A stretch of 32,000 nt of DNA from Amycolatopsis orientalis DSM 40040 = KCTC 9412. GTDB lineage: Bacteria; Actinomycetota; Actinomycetes; Mycobacteriales; Pseudonocardiaceae. Positions within the stretch are counted from its first letter, which is position 1. Each line of letters opens with the position of its first letter. The stretch spans positions 85,850-117,849 of the forward strand of contig NZ_ASJB01000031.1 in NCBI RefSeq assembly GCF_000478275.1. The letters are read 5' to 3'. The position numbers and the translations under genes are program-made. Shown one piece after another: positions 17,163-25,403 of the stretch. Below the pieces are notes generated by a model. It did no database searches and was not told the DNA's origin. It saw nothing but the letters and a program-made list of their open reading frames with translations.

Positions 17163-19448
17163 CTACCTGTCGACGTCGTCGAAAGGATCGCGCCCGGTTC
17201 GCAAGTTTGACGGACGAGGCGATGTGGTGGGCGACGCTATACGCTCATGGCTGCGCGACCTGGCCGGTCCGCTCTCGGGATGGTCTTCAAGGAGACTTTC
17301 TTCAAGCGAGTGCGCATGAGCCTCCACACCGTCTAGAGCGTTCAGCGCAGTAGGATCGTCAGCGAATTCCTTACGGAGATCAGCAACGGCCTCGACCAAC
17401 GGATCAACGTAAGATTCAGGGGAACCCCAGTCGATGCCCGGGTAGTTGAAGGTATCCCATCCGTTGACCAGATCGTCCGCGCCGTCCTCCAGCAAGGCAG
17501 TGCGAACGACTTGGCGGATTGATAGGCGTTCCGACTCGGTTAGAATCTCTACAACGTTCCGCACACTGCACCACGCGGTATCCGGTCCTTCAATGGCGAG
17601 CTCGGTAACGTGCTCAACGAACGCCAACCGGGCCGCTTCGGGGAGCACGCCCTGAGAGTGCAGGACATTCAGGAGAAGCACGGCCGGGGTGAAGTTGCTC
17701 AGGTACATACCGGGGTGGGTCAAGGGCTCGGTGAGCTGCGGGCGATCGGCGAGGATAGCTCGGGCGAACTCTGCGGAGCAGCGACCGGACAGGAACGTGA
17801 GTACCTCCATGATCTTCTCCCGAGGGCACGCATCCAGCCTGCCGACCAGGTGTGAGTGAAGGCTCGGCGGGATGGCGACACCCGGTCGGTCAAGGTCGTC
17901 GATATTGACAGTGGCTTCGGTCAGGATTTGCTGCATCGGCGCACCTTGCAGCCAGATCACCAGCTTCTCTGGTTGCTGCGCCAGCAGTATGGCGTACGCG
18001 TCACCGACACTGGGGTGGCGGAACTCGTAGTGACCGCGTACTGCGTCGGTGTGCAGGAGCGTGCCGTTGAGGTTTCCGAGCGACGAGCGGACTTCGGCAG
18101 CCGTGGTACCGATATCGCCGATGAGCACCTCGTCACCGGACGTCGGCATCAGCGGGCATGACAGCCGCCCGCCATGCGCGAAGACGAGCGCGATGGCCGC
18201 TTCGTGCGAAGCGTCCAGCTTGTCGAGCAGATCCTGGAGATACTCCTTCGGATGGGCGATGAACAGCTTCAGGTCATCGGGTGAGGCGGGGTCGATTCCT
18301 TCGGTGAAGAACGGGTCTGCTAAGCGTCGCGCGGTTTCCGGAAGCAGGTCGACCTCGTCGCACAACGCGCGCAGGTGCGGTTTGGCCACCGTCCGGAACT
18401 CTGCGGGCTGTCGGCCGGCGCGGAGGTGGGCGTAGAGGATCTTCTCCTTTTCGAGGCGGGAGAACGTGGTTACGTCGATGGTCACGCGATCCTCGGCCAG
18501 AAACGGGAAGGCGGTCTCCTTCAGCAGTCGGCGGGCCGCTCGCCAGATGTAGTCCCGGCTCGTCAAGATCACCCTGCTTCGGTTCCGGACGATCGCCCGA
18601 ACGAGTGAGAGGGTCCGGTTCCACGGGTCCATCAGCGAGCGGTCGAGGTTCATCGCACCGAAGGCGTCGTCAGCCCACAGCAGCTGGGGCTCTTCAGGGT
18701 TCCAATGACGCATCTGCGCGGGATGGTCGATCTGTGCCACGCGCAGGCCCCATTGATCACTAGCTGCCGCCGCGATCGTTGCCGCAGTGACGGTCTTGCC
18801 CGCGCCGGGTTCGCCGAGCAGCAATACGAACCCGTGAGCGTCCAAGGCGTCGATCGCTGCGCGGTACCCGTCGGTGACGACGAACGTCGCGAGGTCGTCT
18901 TGCAGTGAGTCCAGGACCGCCCTGGTCTGGTCGTATATGCGATTGTCGAGGATCTGTCCTAGATCGCCCAGCCCGTAGACCCGGGGCACTAAAGCGCGAA
19001 GACGGGGGCTCTCGCGGATTGTCTGAGACAGCCATTCGGCGCCGAGGACGACCACGCGCCCGACGCCGCGATCGCGCAGCTGTTCCTTAACGTCCGCCGC
19101 CACTTTCCCGGTCACTTGGAAGTTGGTGAGCACAATGTAGCTGTCACACAGCCCGCGCTCGACCAGCCTCTCGACCTTGGACAACTCGTCGGCCAGATCG
19201 GAGAGCGCCAAGTGCGCGCCGGCCCTGCTCGTGTGCTTCATCTGGGCAACGACAGCCCCGTGGATTCCGCGCAGGTGTCCGGCTGGCACGGGCGTGGCCC
19301 GCCCGGCGAAGGCACCGTCTTGGCCGATGTCGTTGGTGTCGCTGTAGACCTCGAGCTCCTGCCCGAGAACTTCGCGCAGCACCACCTGCCCCATATCCTG
19401 AAAGGCGCGCCAGCCGAGCGTATGCAGCTGGAATCCGGTGATCGTCAA
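17163..19448 (-). CDS. Mrr-like (PD-(D/E)xK) restriction-endonuclease domain fused to a STAND-type P-loop NTPase with an alpha-helical C-terminal region (Avs-like candidate)
   Basis: - N-terminus: DIGQDGAF...VVAQMKH...YIVLTNFQVTG, the Mrr_cat pattern D-G-x-D-G / Q-x-K / T-N.
- Walker A: FVLLLGEPGAGKTVTA.
- Walker B: QLLWADDAFG.
- RVILTSRDYIW, a STAND 'TSR' strand.
- About 350 aa of helical C-terminus.
- TTG start with GGAGGA 9 nt upstream. Confidence 0.85.
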   Translation of the reverse strand: MTITGFQLHTLGWRAFQDMGQVVLREVLGQELEVYSDTNDIGQDGAFAGRATPVPAGHLRGIHGAVVAQMKHTSRAGAHLALSDLADELSKVERLVERGLCDSYIVLTNFQVTGKVAADVKEQLRDRGVGRVVVLGAEWLSQTIRESPRLRALVPRVYGLGDLGQILDNRIYDQTRAVLDSLQDDLATFVVTDGYRAAIDALDAHGFVLLLGEPGAGKTVTAATIAAAASDQWGLRVAQIDHPAQMRHWNPEEPQLLWADDAFGAMNLDRSLMDPWNRTLSLVRAIVRNRSRVILTSRDYIWRAARRLLKETAFPFLAEDRVTIDVTTFSRLEKEKILYAHLRAGRQPAEFRTVAKPHLRALCDEVDLLPETARRLADPFFTEGIDPASPDDLKLFIAHPKEYLQDLLDKLDASHEAAIALVFAHGGRLSCPLMPTSGDEVLIGDIGTTAAEVRSSLGNLNGTLLHTDAVRGHYEFRHPSVGDAYAILLAQQPEKLVIWLQGAPMQQILTEATVNIDDLDRPGVAIPPSLHSHLVGRLDACPREKIMEVLTFLSGRCSAEFARAILADRPQLTEPLTHPGMYLSNFTPAVLLLNVLHSQGVLPEAARLAFVEHVTELAIEGPDTAWCSVRNVVEILTESERLSIRQVVRTALLEDGADDLVNGWDTFNYPGIDWGSPESYVDPLVEAVADLRKEFADDPTALNALDGVEAHAHSLEESLLEDHPESGPARSRSHERIASPTTSPRPSNLRTGRDPFDDVDR

Positions 19449-19855
19449 GCCGCGCGCTCCTCCGATCCTAGGGCGAGGCCCACAAGCTTACGTGCCGTTA
19501 ACGGCACGCCTGGATGGTAGGTCCGCGACTCGCGTCACGTCCGATAAAGGCACGCTAGACTCTCAGGTAGGCGTTCAATCGAACGTAGCCAGTGAACCCA
19601 CTTGGCGGGCGTCCCCTCATACAGCAGGTCGGTTTTGGTGAGTGCTGGCGCTGCGTGGCCGACTTGCGCACCCAGTGCCGCATTCTGCAGATAGCTTATT
19701 AGCAGAACTCGGAAGGGGCAGAGGAGCAGCTCGGAGGGCGTGCTCCGTGGCCATCGTGGCGACGGCAGCCGCGGCATTGAGGAGTTGGTTCAGCCGGAAC
19801 GCTACTGCAAACGGACTAACCGAGGCGGGGACAGTTAAGACGTTACTGGTGGTGC

Positions 19856-20623
19856 TCAACAACCGGCTCGACCATCGTAGTCGCCGTGAACCAAGTGCTC
19901 AGCCTCCCACTTCGCCCGTACCGTACGCATCAGCAGTCGTGAGCGCTCGGCTCCCAAACCGAAGTGTCGCATCAGGGCTTCTGCTGAGATCGGGCGTTGA
20001 TGTTCCTCGCGATGACAGCGGTCCACCTCGATGGCTCGCTCAACGAGGTCGTCGTCGAGCTTCGACAAGCTTGACCGCTTCGTCGGCGGCGGAGACGAGT
20101 CGATCAGCTCAGGTCGCGTGTCCGCGGGGACTTCAGGAGCCACTGGTACGTATGGACGCGGCGACGCCGACGGAGCGGCCGTTTCCTCTTCGGGCGGAGT
20201 CGTAGAGGCGAGCTCCCGGAGTAGTGCTGGGCCGACGTCGGCCCAGCCGATCAGCAGGAGCGGGCCGACTGCATCGAACAGCGCTCGGCCGATCTCGCCC
20301 GCGATGAGCGGTTCAGCCACGTTCAATGCCAGCGTGACGAAGCTCGAGACCAGCAGCAGGCGCCGCGCCGGTCGGATCACCTCGACAGAGGCCCCACGCA
20401 GCGACAGCTGCCGGATCGCGATCAGCAGTGCCAGGACCGACAAGTCCACGGCGGGCGCAACCAGCGGCGCGACCCAACCAGGCACACCGAGCCGGAGGCC
20501 GAAGGCCAGGACGTTGCCGAACCCGAACAAGAACGTCAGCCCCACGATCACCCCGACCATGACAGTGACCAGCTGCAGGACAGCATCACGCTCGACCGGA
20601 AACCCAATAGCTTTGGCAGACAC
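19856..20623 (-). CDS. DUF2637-family membrane protein (intact copy)
   Basis: - TM-rich N-terminal half: VMVGVIVGLTFLFGFGNVLAFGL, WVAPLVAPAVDLSVLALLIAI and LLLVSSFVTLALNVAEP.
- C-terminal DDDLVERAIEVDRCHREEHQRPISAEALMRHFGLGAERSRLLMRTVR.
- Likely GTG start at 20623 with AGGAG 7 nt upstream. The ORF is open to a TTG at 20713. Confidence 0.8.
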   Translation of the reverse strand: MSAKAIGFPVERDAVLQLVTVMVGVIVGLTFLFGFGNVLAFGLRLGVPGWVAPLVAPAVDLSVLALLIAIRQLSLRGASVEVIRPARRLLLVSSFVTLALNVAEPLIAGEIGRALFDAVGPLLLIGWADVGPALLRELASTTPPEEETAAPSASPRPYVPVAPEVPADTRPELIDSSPPPTKRSSLSKLDDDLVERAIEVDRCHREEHQRPISAEALMRHFGLGAERSRLLMRTVRAKWEAEHLVHGDYDGRAGC

Positions 20624-20683
20624 GAAGTAACTCCTCGTAACCAGCGTTTTCAAGATCAACCGGCGATATTCAGGCGACCGAAA
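19896..20683. repeat. direct repeat copy B (intact DUF2637 gene plus leader)
   Basis: See copy A. Copy B retains the 75 bp between the gccaggac repeats at 20430-20437 and 20505-20512. Copy A lacks this segment, with its junction at 15291-15298. Confidence 0.75.
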
Positions 20684-20824
20684 CGCGCCGAAACGCGTTC
20701 GAAGCCGCCCCAACGAGGAGGAACGAGGGACCGCATACCTGCGGAAACAGATGAAACGCCTGGTCAGGCACTGATTCGATCTTCCCTGACACGGAAGTGC
20801 TCGCCGCCGACTGTCGTCGTGCTC

Positions 20825-21290
20825 AAATACTACTGAGTGTTACGTTAGCCAGAGGCGTGTGGATAGTGAGCAGCTCGCCCCTCGGACACGCATTAACCCT
20901 ACGGGGGGCGGATGGTCACATCGACCGTCCGCTCTTTTGCGTTATAGACCATCTCCAGGCCGATCTCGCCGTAGAGCTCCTGAAGTCTCCCTGGGCTTCC
21001 AGTTCGGCTCTGCCGATCGACGCACGTCCTGCTCCATCCGGGTCGAGGTTGGTCGCCCTGGTTCGAGTGGCAAGACGGCGAGATGTCACGGCGCCGGTGA
21101 GTTCACTCCAACGGCCCAAGGCCGGTGCCTGATGAGAAGGTTCGCCTGCTGATCGATCACCTGGGGCACGCTCTCCACCGCGCCAGCGATGACCGCCGGG
21201 TCGAGGCCGTCAGTCTGGCCGACCTCGGCACCACGCTCACCGAGGCGGGCCATCCCGTCATCGTCCGCTGACTCTGGCGAATCGCGTTCG
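20825..21290 (-). pseudogene. possible 3' remnant of a large serine recombinase gene (frameshifted)
   Basis: The minus-strand frame reads ...GSPGRLQELYGEIGLEMVYNAKERTVDVTIRPP* with its stop at 20899-20901. This resembles the conserved C-terminal tail of actinobacterial recombinase-family proteins (L..L[FY]...[GD]L.[VM].[WY]N......V). Upstream sequence is readable only by switching frames. No catalytic domain is present. Confidence 0.35.
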
Positions 21291-22135
21291 TCATGCTGAC
21301 CGAGTTCGGGGACCAGCGCCCAGAACCTCTACGTCGCGCCCACCCATCTCGATGCAGCCGAACCGCCGTCCGACGGCACCACCGAGCGACGCCACGGTGT
21401 CAGCCTGCGTCCAGCGACTTAAGTTCACCGAACGCTACCGCGGCGCGACCTGGCTACTCGCGGAAGTCCTCTCCGGTGTCGGCGCCTCCGACGGTGTGAT
21501 CATCCGGGCGGTGAAGCTGGACCTCGGCCCAACCCGAGCCGCCGCCGAAGCCGGACGGAAACGGTGACGCGGCCGTACAGCGCCCTGCTCCGCCGGACGA
21601 GGCGGCGGAGCTGGCCCAGTTGGTTGCGGCCAGCGCCGCCGGCGGATGCCGAGATCGTCGACGACGCGACCGCCGGGCCGCTCGCGTATCTGCTGGAACT
21701 GCCGGCCGACGTAATCGGCGAGGAGAGACCGGAGTCGTGGCCACCACCGACTTCGCCGCCCGGATCAGCTGGGGTCCGAAATCACTGGGGAAGCGTTGCG
21801 GCGCTTGGAGCTTCCCGCGCCACGGCCATCCGGATCGGCGGGAGCAAGCATCCGGTGTCGGCGCAGCAGGCTGCCGCGATCGTGGAGCACAGCGAGGGTG
21901 GTTAGCCCGGTTGGGCACCGTGGGTAGCGTGGCAACCATGGGGGCCGGCGATCTGGAGGTCGATACCCATCAAGACCGCGTCCGAGAGCAACCGAGCCGC
22001 GGGATTCGCTCTGGTCCGGGAAATCTCGGTACGTCGCCGGGCCGGTGTGCCTGGCATCATCCGAATCGACCGTACGACCACGACCAACGCCGTGTCGTTC
22101 GCGTCCTTCGACTGAGCCATGCCTACAGCACTGGA

Positions 22136-22165
22136 CCTGGGTCGGCACACGTGTGCCGACCCAGG
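22136..22165 (-). terminator. 30-bp perfect palindrome 26 nt downstream of arsC
   Basis: cctgggtcggcacac/gtgtgccgacccagg is a perfect inverted repeat centred between 22150 and 22151. It is GC-rich and has no U-tract. Confidence 0.45.
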
Positions 22166-22190
22166 CCGTTCGCAGAAATCCGACCTGAAA

Positions 22191-22595
22191 CTAGACGTGT
22201 ACGGGACTGTCCACAAGGGACGCGAGAAGTTCGCGAACCCGACGGTCCATATCGTCCCGCAACGGCCGGATCCCGGTGACCCCTTCGGTTTCCGGATCGG
22301 GGACGACCCACTCGACGTAGCGCGTCCCCTCGGCGATCGGGTAGGTCTTGCACCCCATGGTGATCACGATGTCCGCCGCCGCGACGTCGGCGTGGGTGAC
22401 CTGACTCGGCACCTCCGCCGAAATGTCGACGCCCCATTCCGCCAAGGCTCCCGCCACCAGTGGATTGATCCGTTCCGCCGGGTCGCAGCCCGCCGACCGC
22501 ACGGTCACCCTGCCGAATCCGTGATGCTTCAGCAGGGCGGCCGCCATCTGCGACCGGCTCGCGTTGTGCACGCACACGAACAGGATTTGCGTCAT
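22191..22595 (-). CDS. arsC: arsenate reductase, low-molecular-weight phosphatase (LMWP) family
   Basis: ILFVCVHNASRSQMAA carries the CX5R(S) P-loop. VITMGC and the 134-aa length are typical of ArsC/LMWP proteins. Confidence 0.85.
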   Translation of the reverse strand: MTQILFVCVHNASRSQMAAALLKHHGFGRVTVRSAGCDPAERINPLVAGALAEWGVDISAEVPSQVTHADVAAADIVITMGCKTYPIAEGTRYVEWVVPDPETEGVTGIRPLRDDMDRRVRELLASLVDSPVHV

Positions 22596-22791
22596 CGTGC
22601 CGTCCCTCTTGTCGGTGTTGTGTACTCATACCGAGGTTACCCGTGAAAACGTCATCCATCCCGGGTGAGGAACAGAGTGGCAATCGAGGAGAACCTCACC
22701 ATTCCGTCCCACGCGCATCCACGGAGATGAGCTTGCTTTATAGGCGCTGCCACACTTTTCCGGTGCCCGGGAAAACAGGTGGGGGTTATCG

Positions 22792-24426
22792 ATGACCGAG
22801 GTCCGGCTCAGCGGCGCCGTGATGGCGCATCCCAGACGCAGGGAAGCGGCGGAGGAACTCGCGCGCCTCGACCCCGCCGGCGCGCTGCGCGTGGTGCTCG
22901 ACCCCGAGCCGGACGGGCCGCCGACGGCGTTGCGGACGGCGAGACTGGCGTGGAGCAGTGTTCCCGGCGACGCCACGCACTTCCTCGTGCTGCAGGACGA
23001 CGTCGAGCTCGCGGCCGGTTTCTTCGAGCACGCGAGGAAAGCGGCCGAACAGCTGCCTGACGACGCCATCGCCTTCTACGCCAACTGGAACTCCCGCAAT
23101 GGCGCGGCGGTGCGGATGGCCGCGGCGGCCGGTGCCGCGTGGGCGACCGCGGTCAACGAATACGCGCCGTGCGTCGCCATCATGCTGCCCGCGGCGGCCG
23201 CGCGTGGTTACGCGGCCTATTCCGACGCGCACTCGGAAGGCTGGCCGTGCGACGTGCTCATGTTCCGGTACCTGAAGGCCATCGGGGTGCCGATCCGCAT
23301 CGCCGTGCCCAACACCGTCCAGCATTCCGGCCTGCCCAGTGTGGCGGGCAATGACGCCCACGGACTCCGGCGTTCTTCGTGTTTCTCCGCTGTCGCGCCG
23401 TCCTTCGCCGGCGGCGCGATCGCCGAGCCCGAGGTGATCCCCTTCCACAAGCATGTCACGTCGGAATGCGCCGTGCGGGCAGGCGGCTACTGGGAGTATC
23501 TCGGAACAGAACGGCTCCTGCGGCGATCGGGGATTTCGCCGCAGGAGTGCAGAACCGAATTCGAGCGCGGCGAAGACCTTTCCGAGGGGGCTTGGCAGAC
23601 CTGGCTGACCGCGTTCGCCATGGGACTGTCCTCTGTGGACTCGCTCGGTGGCGACGCGCTCGATCTCGCCCTCGCGAGCATCGGCCCGGGCGGTCTCTGC
23701 GATCAGCACACCGCGTCCGAGATCGAGGCGATCACGGCTTCACACCACGAAGTCGCGATCAACGCCTTCGCCGCGGGACGTGCCCGGGCGGCCCTCCCCC
23801 GCCGTCCAGCCGCCCGGAGTGGTCTCCAGGTCGCGATCACCGGCCCCGGCGGCACGCTCACCGACCATCTGGCCGGGCTGCTGTCCGAATTCGGCCACGA
23901 GATCGTCGACGGCGAAAACCCGTCCGCCTCGACACGGCTCGTCCACCTCGGCGACGAGAACGATCCCGGCGACGTCTTCTGCGCCATCGTCGACACCGGT
24001 GCCCGTGAACACGTCCTGCGGTTCGCGACCCCGATCGGTCCGCACACCCCGGAGGATTCCTTGGTGGCGCGGTGGATCCGGCTCGCGTGGACGCGTAAGG
24101 CACTGCCGGTCGATCCCGATCGCGTCCACCAGTTCACCGACGTGCGAGACCTGGCGAGCGCGATCGACGCGGTGCTGACCGGCGGGCCGGTCTCGCCGGT
24201 GTACGACATCGCGACGGCCACGCTCACCGGGAACGAACTGGCGAAGATCGTGTGCGCCGCGGTTCGCGCGGTGCCGACGGAACAGGTCACCGAACCGTCG
24301 GAGACTCCCCTGCTGAAACTCGGGCTCGCCGCCGCGGAACTCGGCTGGACCGCCACCATCCCGGCGGACGAAGCCGTCCGGACCTTCGGGAAATGGCTGG
24401 CCTACGACACGGACTGGGACCGATGA
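22792..24426 (+). CDS. two-domain hypothetical protein: N-terminal GT-A-like nucleotide-sugar transferase region, C-terminal Rossmann-like (epimerase/dehydratase-like) region
   Basis: THFLVLQDDVEL is an acidic DxD-like motif after a beta-strand. LQVAITGPGGTLTDHLAGLL is a glycine-rich Rossmann-type turn. This is the first gene of the operon, and its TGA overlaps the next ATG (ATGA at 24423-24426). Both domain calls are tentative. Confidence 0.55.
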   Translation: MTEVRLSGAVMAHPRRREAAEELARLDPAGALRVVLDPEPDGPPTALRTARLAWSSVPGDATHFLVLQDDVELAAGFFEHARKAAEQLPDDAIAFYANWNSRNGAAVRMAAAAGAAWATAVNEYAPCVAIMLPAAAARGYAAYSDAHSEGWPCDVLMFRYLKAIGVPIRIAVPNTVQHSGLPSVAGNDAHGLRRSSCFSAVAPSFAGGAIAEPEVIPFHKHVTSECAVRAGGYWEYLGTERLLRRSGISPQECRTEFERGEDLSEGAWQTWLTAFAMGLSSVDSLGGDALDLALASIGPGGLCDQHTASEIEAITASHHEVAINAFAAGRARAALPRRPAARSGLQVAITGPGGTLTDHLAGLLSEFGHEIVDGENPSASTRLVHLGDENDPGDVFCAIVDTGAREHVLRFATPIGPHTPEDSLVARWIRLAWTRKALPVDPDRVHQFTDVRDLASAIDAVLTGGPVSPVYDIATATLTGNELAKIVCAAVRAVPTEQVTEPSETPLLKLGLAAAELGWTATIPADEAVRTFGKWLAYDTDWDR

Positions 24427-25403
24427 GGATCCTCGTCGCCGGTCCGGTCCCGGCGGCCAGCGACTACGGGAACGGCGTCACCGCGCGCCGCTGGGCGAGT
24501 CTGCTCGGGGGCCTCGGCCACGAGGTCCGGGTGGTCCAGGATTACGACGGCGGCACCTACGACCTGCTCATCGCCCTGCACGCCCGCAAGAGCGAGGCCG
24601 CGATCCGGGCCTTCCGCGCCGCCTGCCCTGCCGCCCCGATCGTGATCGCGCTGACCGGCACCGATCTCTATCCGGACCTGGTCAGCGGCGGGGTCGACCT
24701 GACCCTGCTCGAAGCCGCGGCCCGCGTCGTCGTTCTGCAGCCGCAAGGGGTTCTGCAGGTGCCGGAGGCGTTGCGGAGCCGGACCAGGGTGATCACCCAG
24801 TCCATGCCGCCGATCTCCGGCGAGGCGCCCGCTGGGGACCGGTTCGAAATCGCGTTCCTCGCGCACGCCAGGCCGGTCAAGGATCCGCTGCTGCTGAGCG
24901 AGGCGGTGCGGCTGCTGCCGCCGTCGTCCCGGATCACCGTGACCCACGTCGGCGGTGTCCGCGAGGACGACATCGGCGACCGGCTGCGTGCCGAGTCCGC
25001 CGGGAACCCGCGCTATTCGTGGCTCGGCGCGTCGCCGCGCCCCGAAGCGCTCGCCGTCCTCGCCCGCAGCCGTCTGCTGGTGCTCACGTCCCGGCACGAG
25101 GGCGGGGCGAACGTCGTCACCGAGGCGCTCGCCGCCGGCGTCCCGATCGTCTCCACCCGCATCCCGGGTTCGGTCGGGCTGCTCGGCGAGGACTATGCGG
25201 GCTATTTCCCCGTCGGTGACGCGGCCGCGCTGGCCGCCGTGCTCGACGCCGCCGAGCACGACCGCGACGGGCTCTACACGCAGTTGCGGCGGCAATGCGC
25301 CGCCCGCCGCGCTTCGGCGGATCCGGAGCGCGAAACCGAAGCCTGGAAGCGACTGCTCGCCGAAGCGGTCCCCGAGAAGGCCGGATACGAAGGAGTTCGA
25401 TGA
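24423..25403 (+). CDS. GT-B fold glycosyltransferase (group-1/GT4-like); N-terminal pattern reminiscent of the TIGR04348/SenB-type family
   Basis: - MRILVAGPVP..GNGVTARRWASLLGGLGHEV...ALHARKS...ALTGTDLY.
- C-terminal SRHEGGANVVTEALAAGVPIVSTRIPG, the E-x7-E-like GT1 motif.
- The ORF is open from 24252, but ATG 24423 gives an ATGA overlap with the upstream stop. Confidence 0.75.
   Translation: MRILVAGPVPAASDYGNGVTARRWASLLGGLGHEVRVVQDYDGGTYDLLIALHARKSEAAIRAFRAACPAAPIVIALTGTDLYPDLVSGGVDLTLLEAAARVVVLQPQGVLQVPEALRSRTRVITQSMPPISGEAPAGDRFEIAFLAHARPVKDPLLLSEAVRLLPPSSRITVTHVGGVREDDIGDRLRAESAGNPRYSWLGASPRPEALAVLARSRLLVLTSRHEGGANVVTEALAAGVPIVSTRIPGSVGLLGEDYAGYFPVGDAAALAAVLDAAEHDRDGLYTQLRRQCAARRASADPERETEAWKRLLAEAVPEKAGYEGVR

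Noticed and set aside
21060-21070. ggttcgagtgg, resembling a tRNA T-arm (GGTTCGA.TCC), considered as a tRNA-derived att site.
   Set aside because: The flanking sequence cannot be folded into acceptor or T stems and there is no CCA-proximal match. No tRNA gene is evident anywhere in the window.
21293-22279. Overlapping ORFs 21454-21939 minus (161 aa), 21564-21905 plus, 21620-22279 plus (219 aa), 21765-22148 minus and 22123-22683 minus.
   Set aside because: They are mutually exclusive, low-complexity (Arg/Pro/Gly/Ser-rich) and lack motifs. 22123-22683 is an alternative same-strand reading frame overlapping arsC. The region was treated as degenerate or non-coding.
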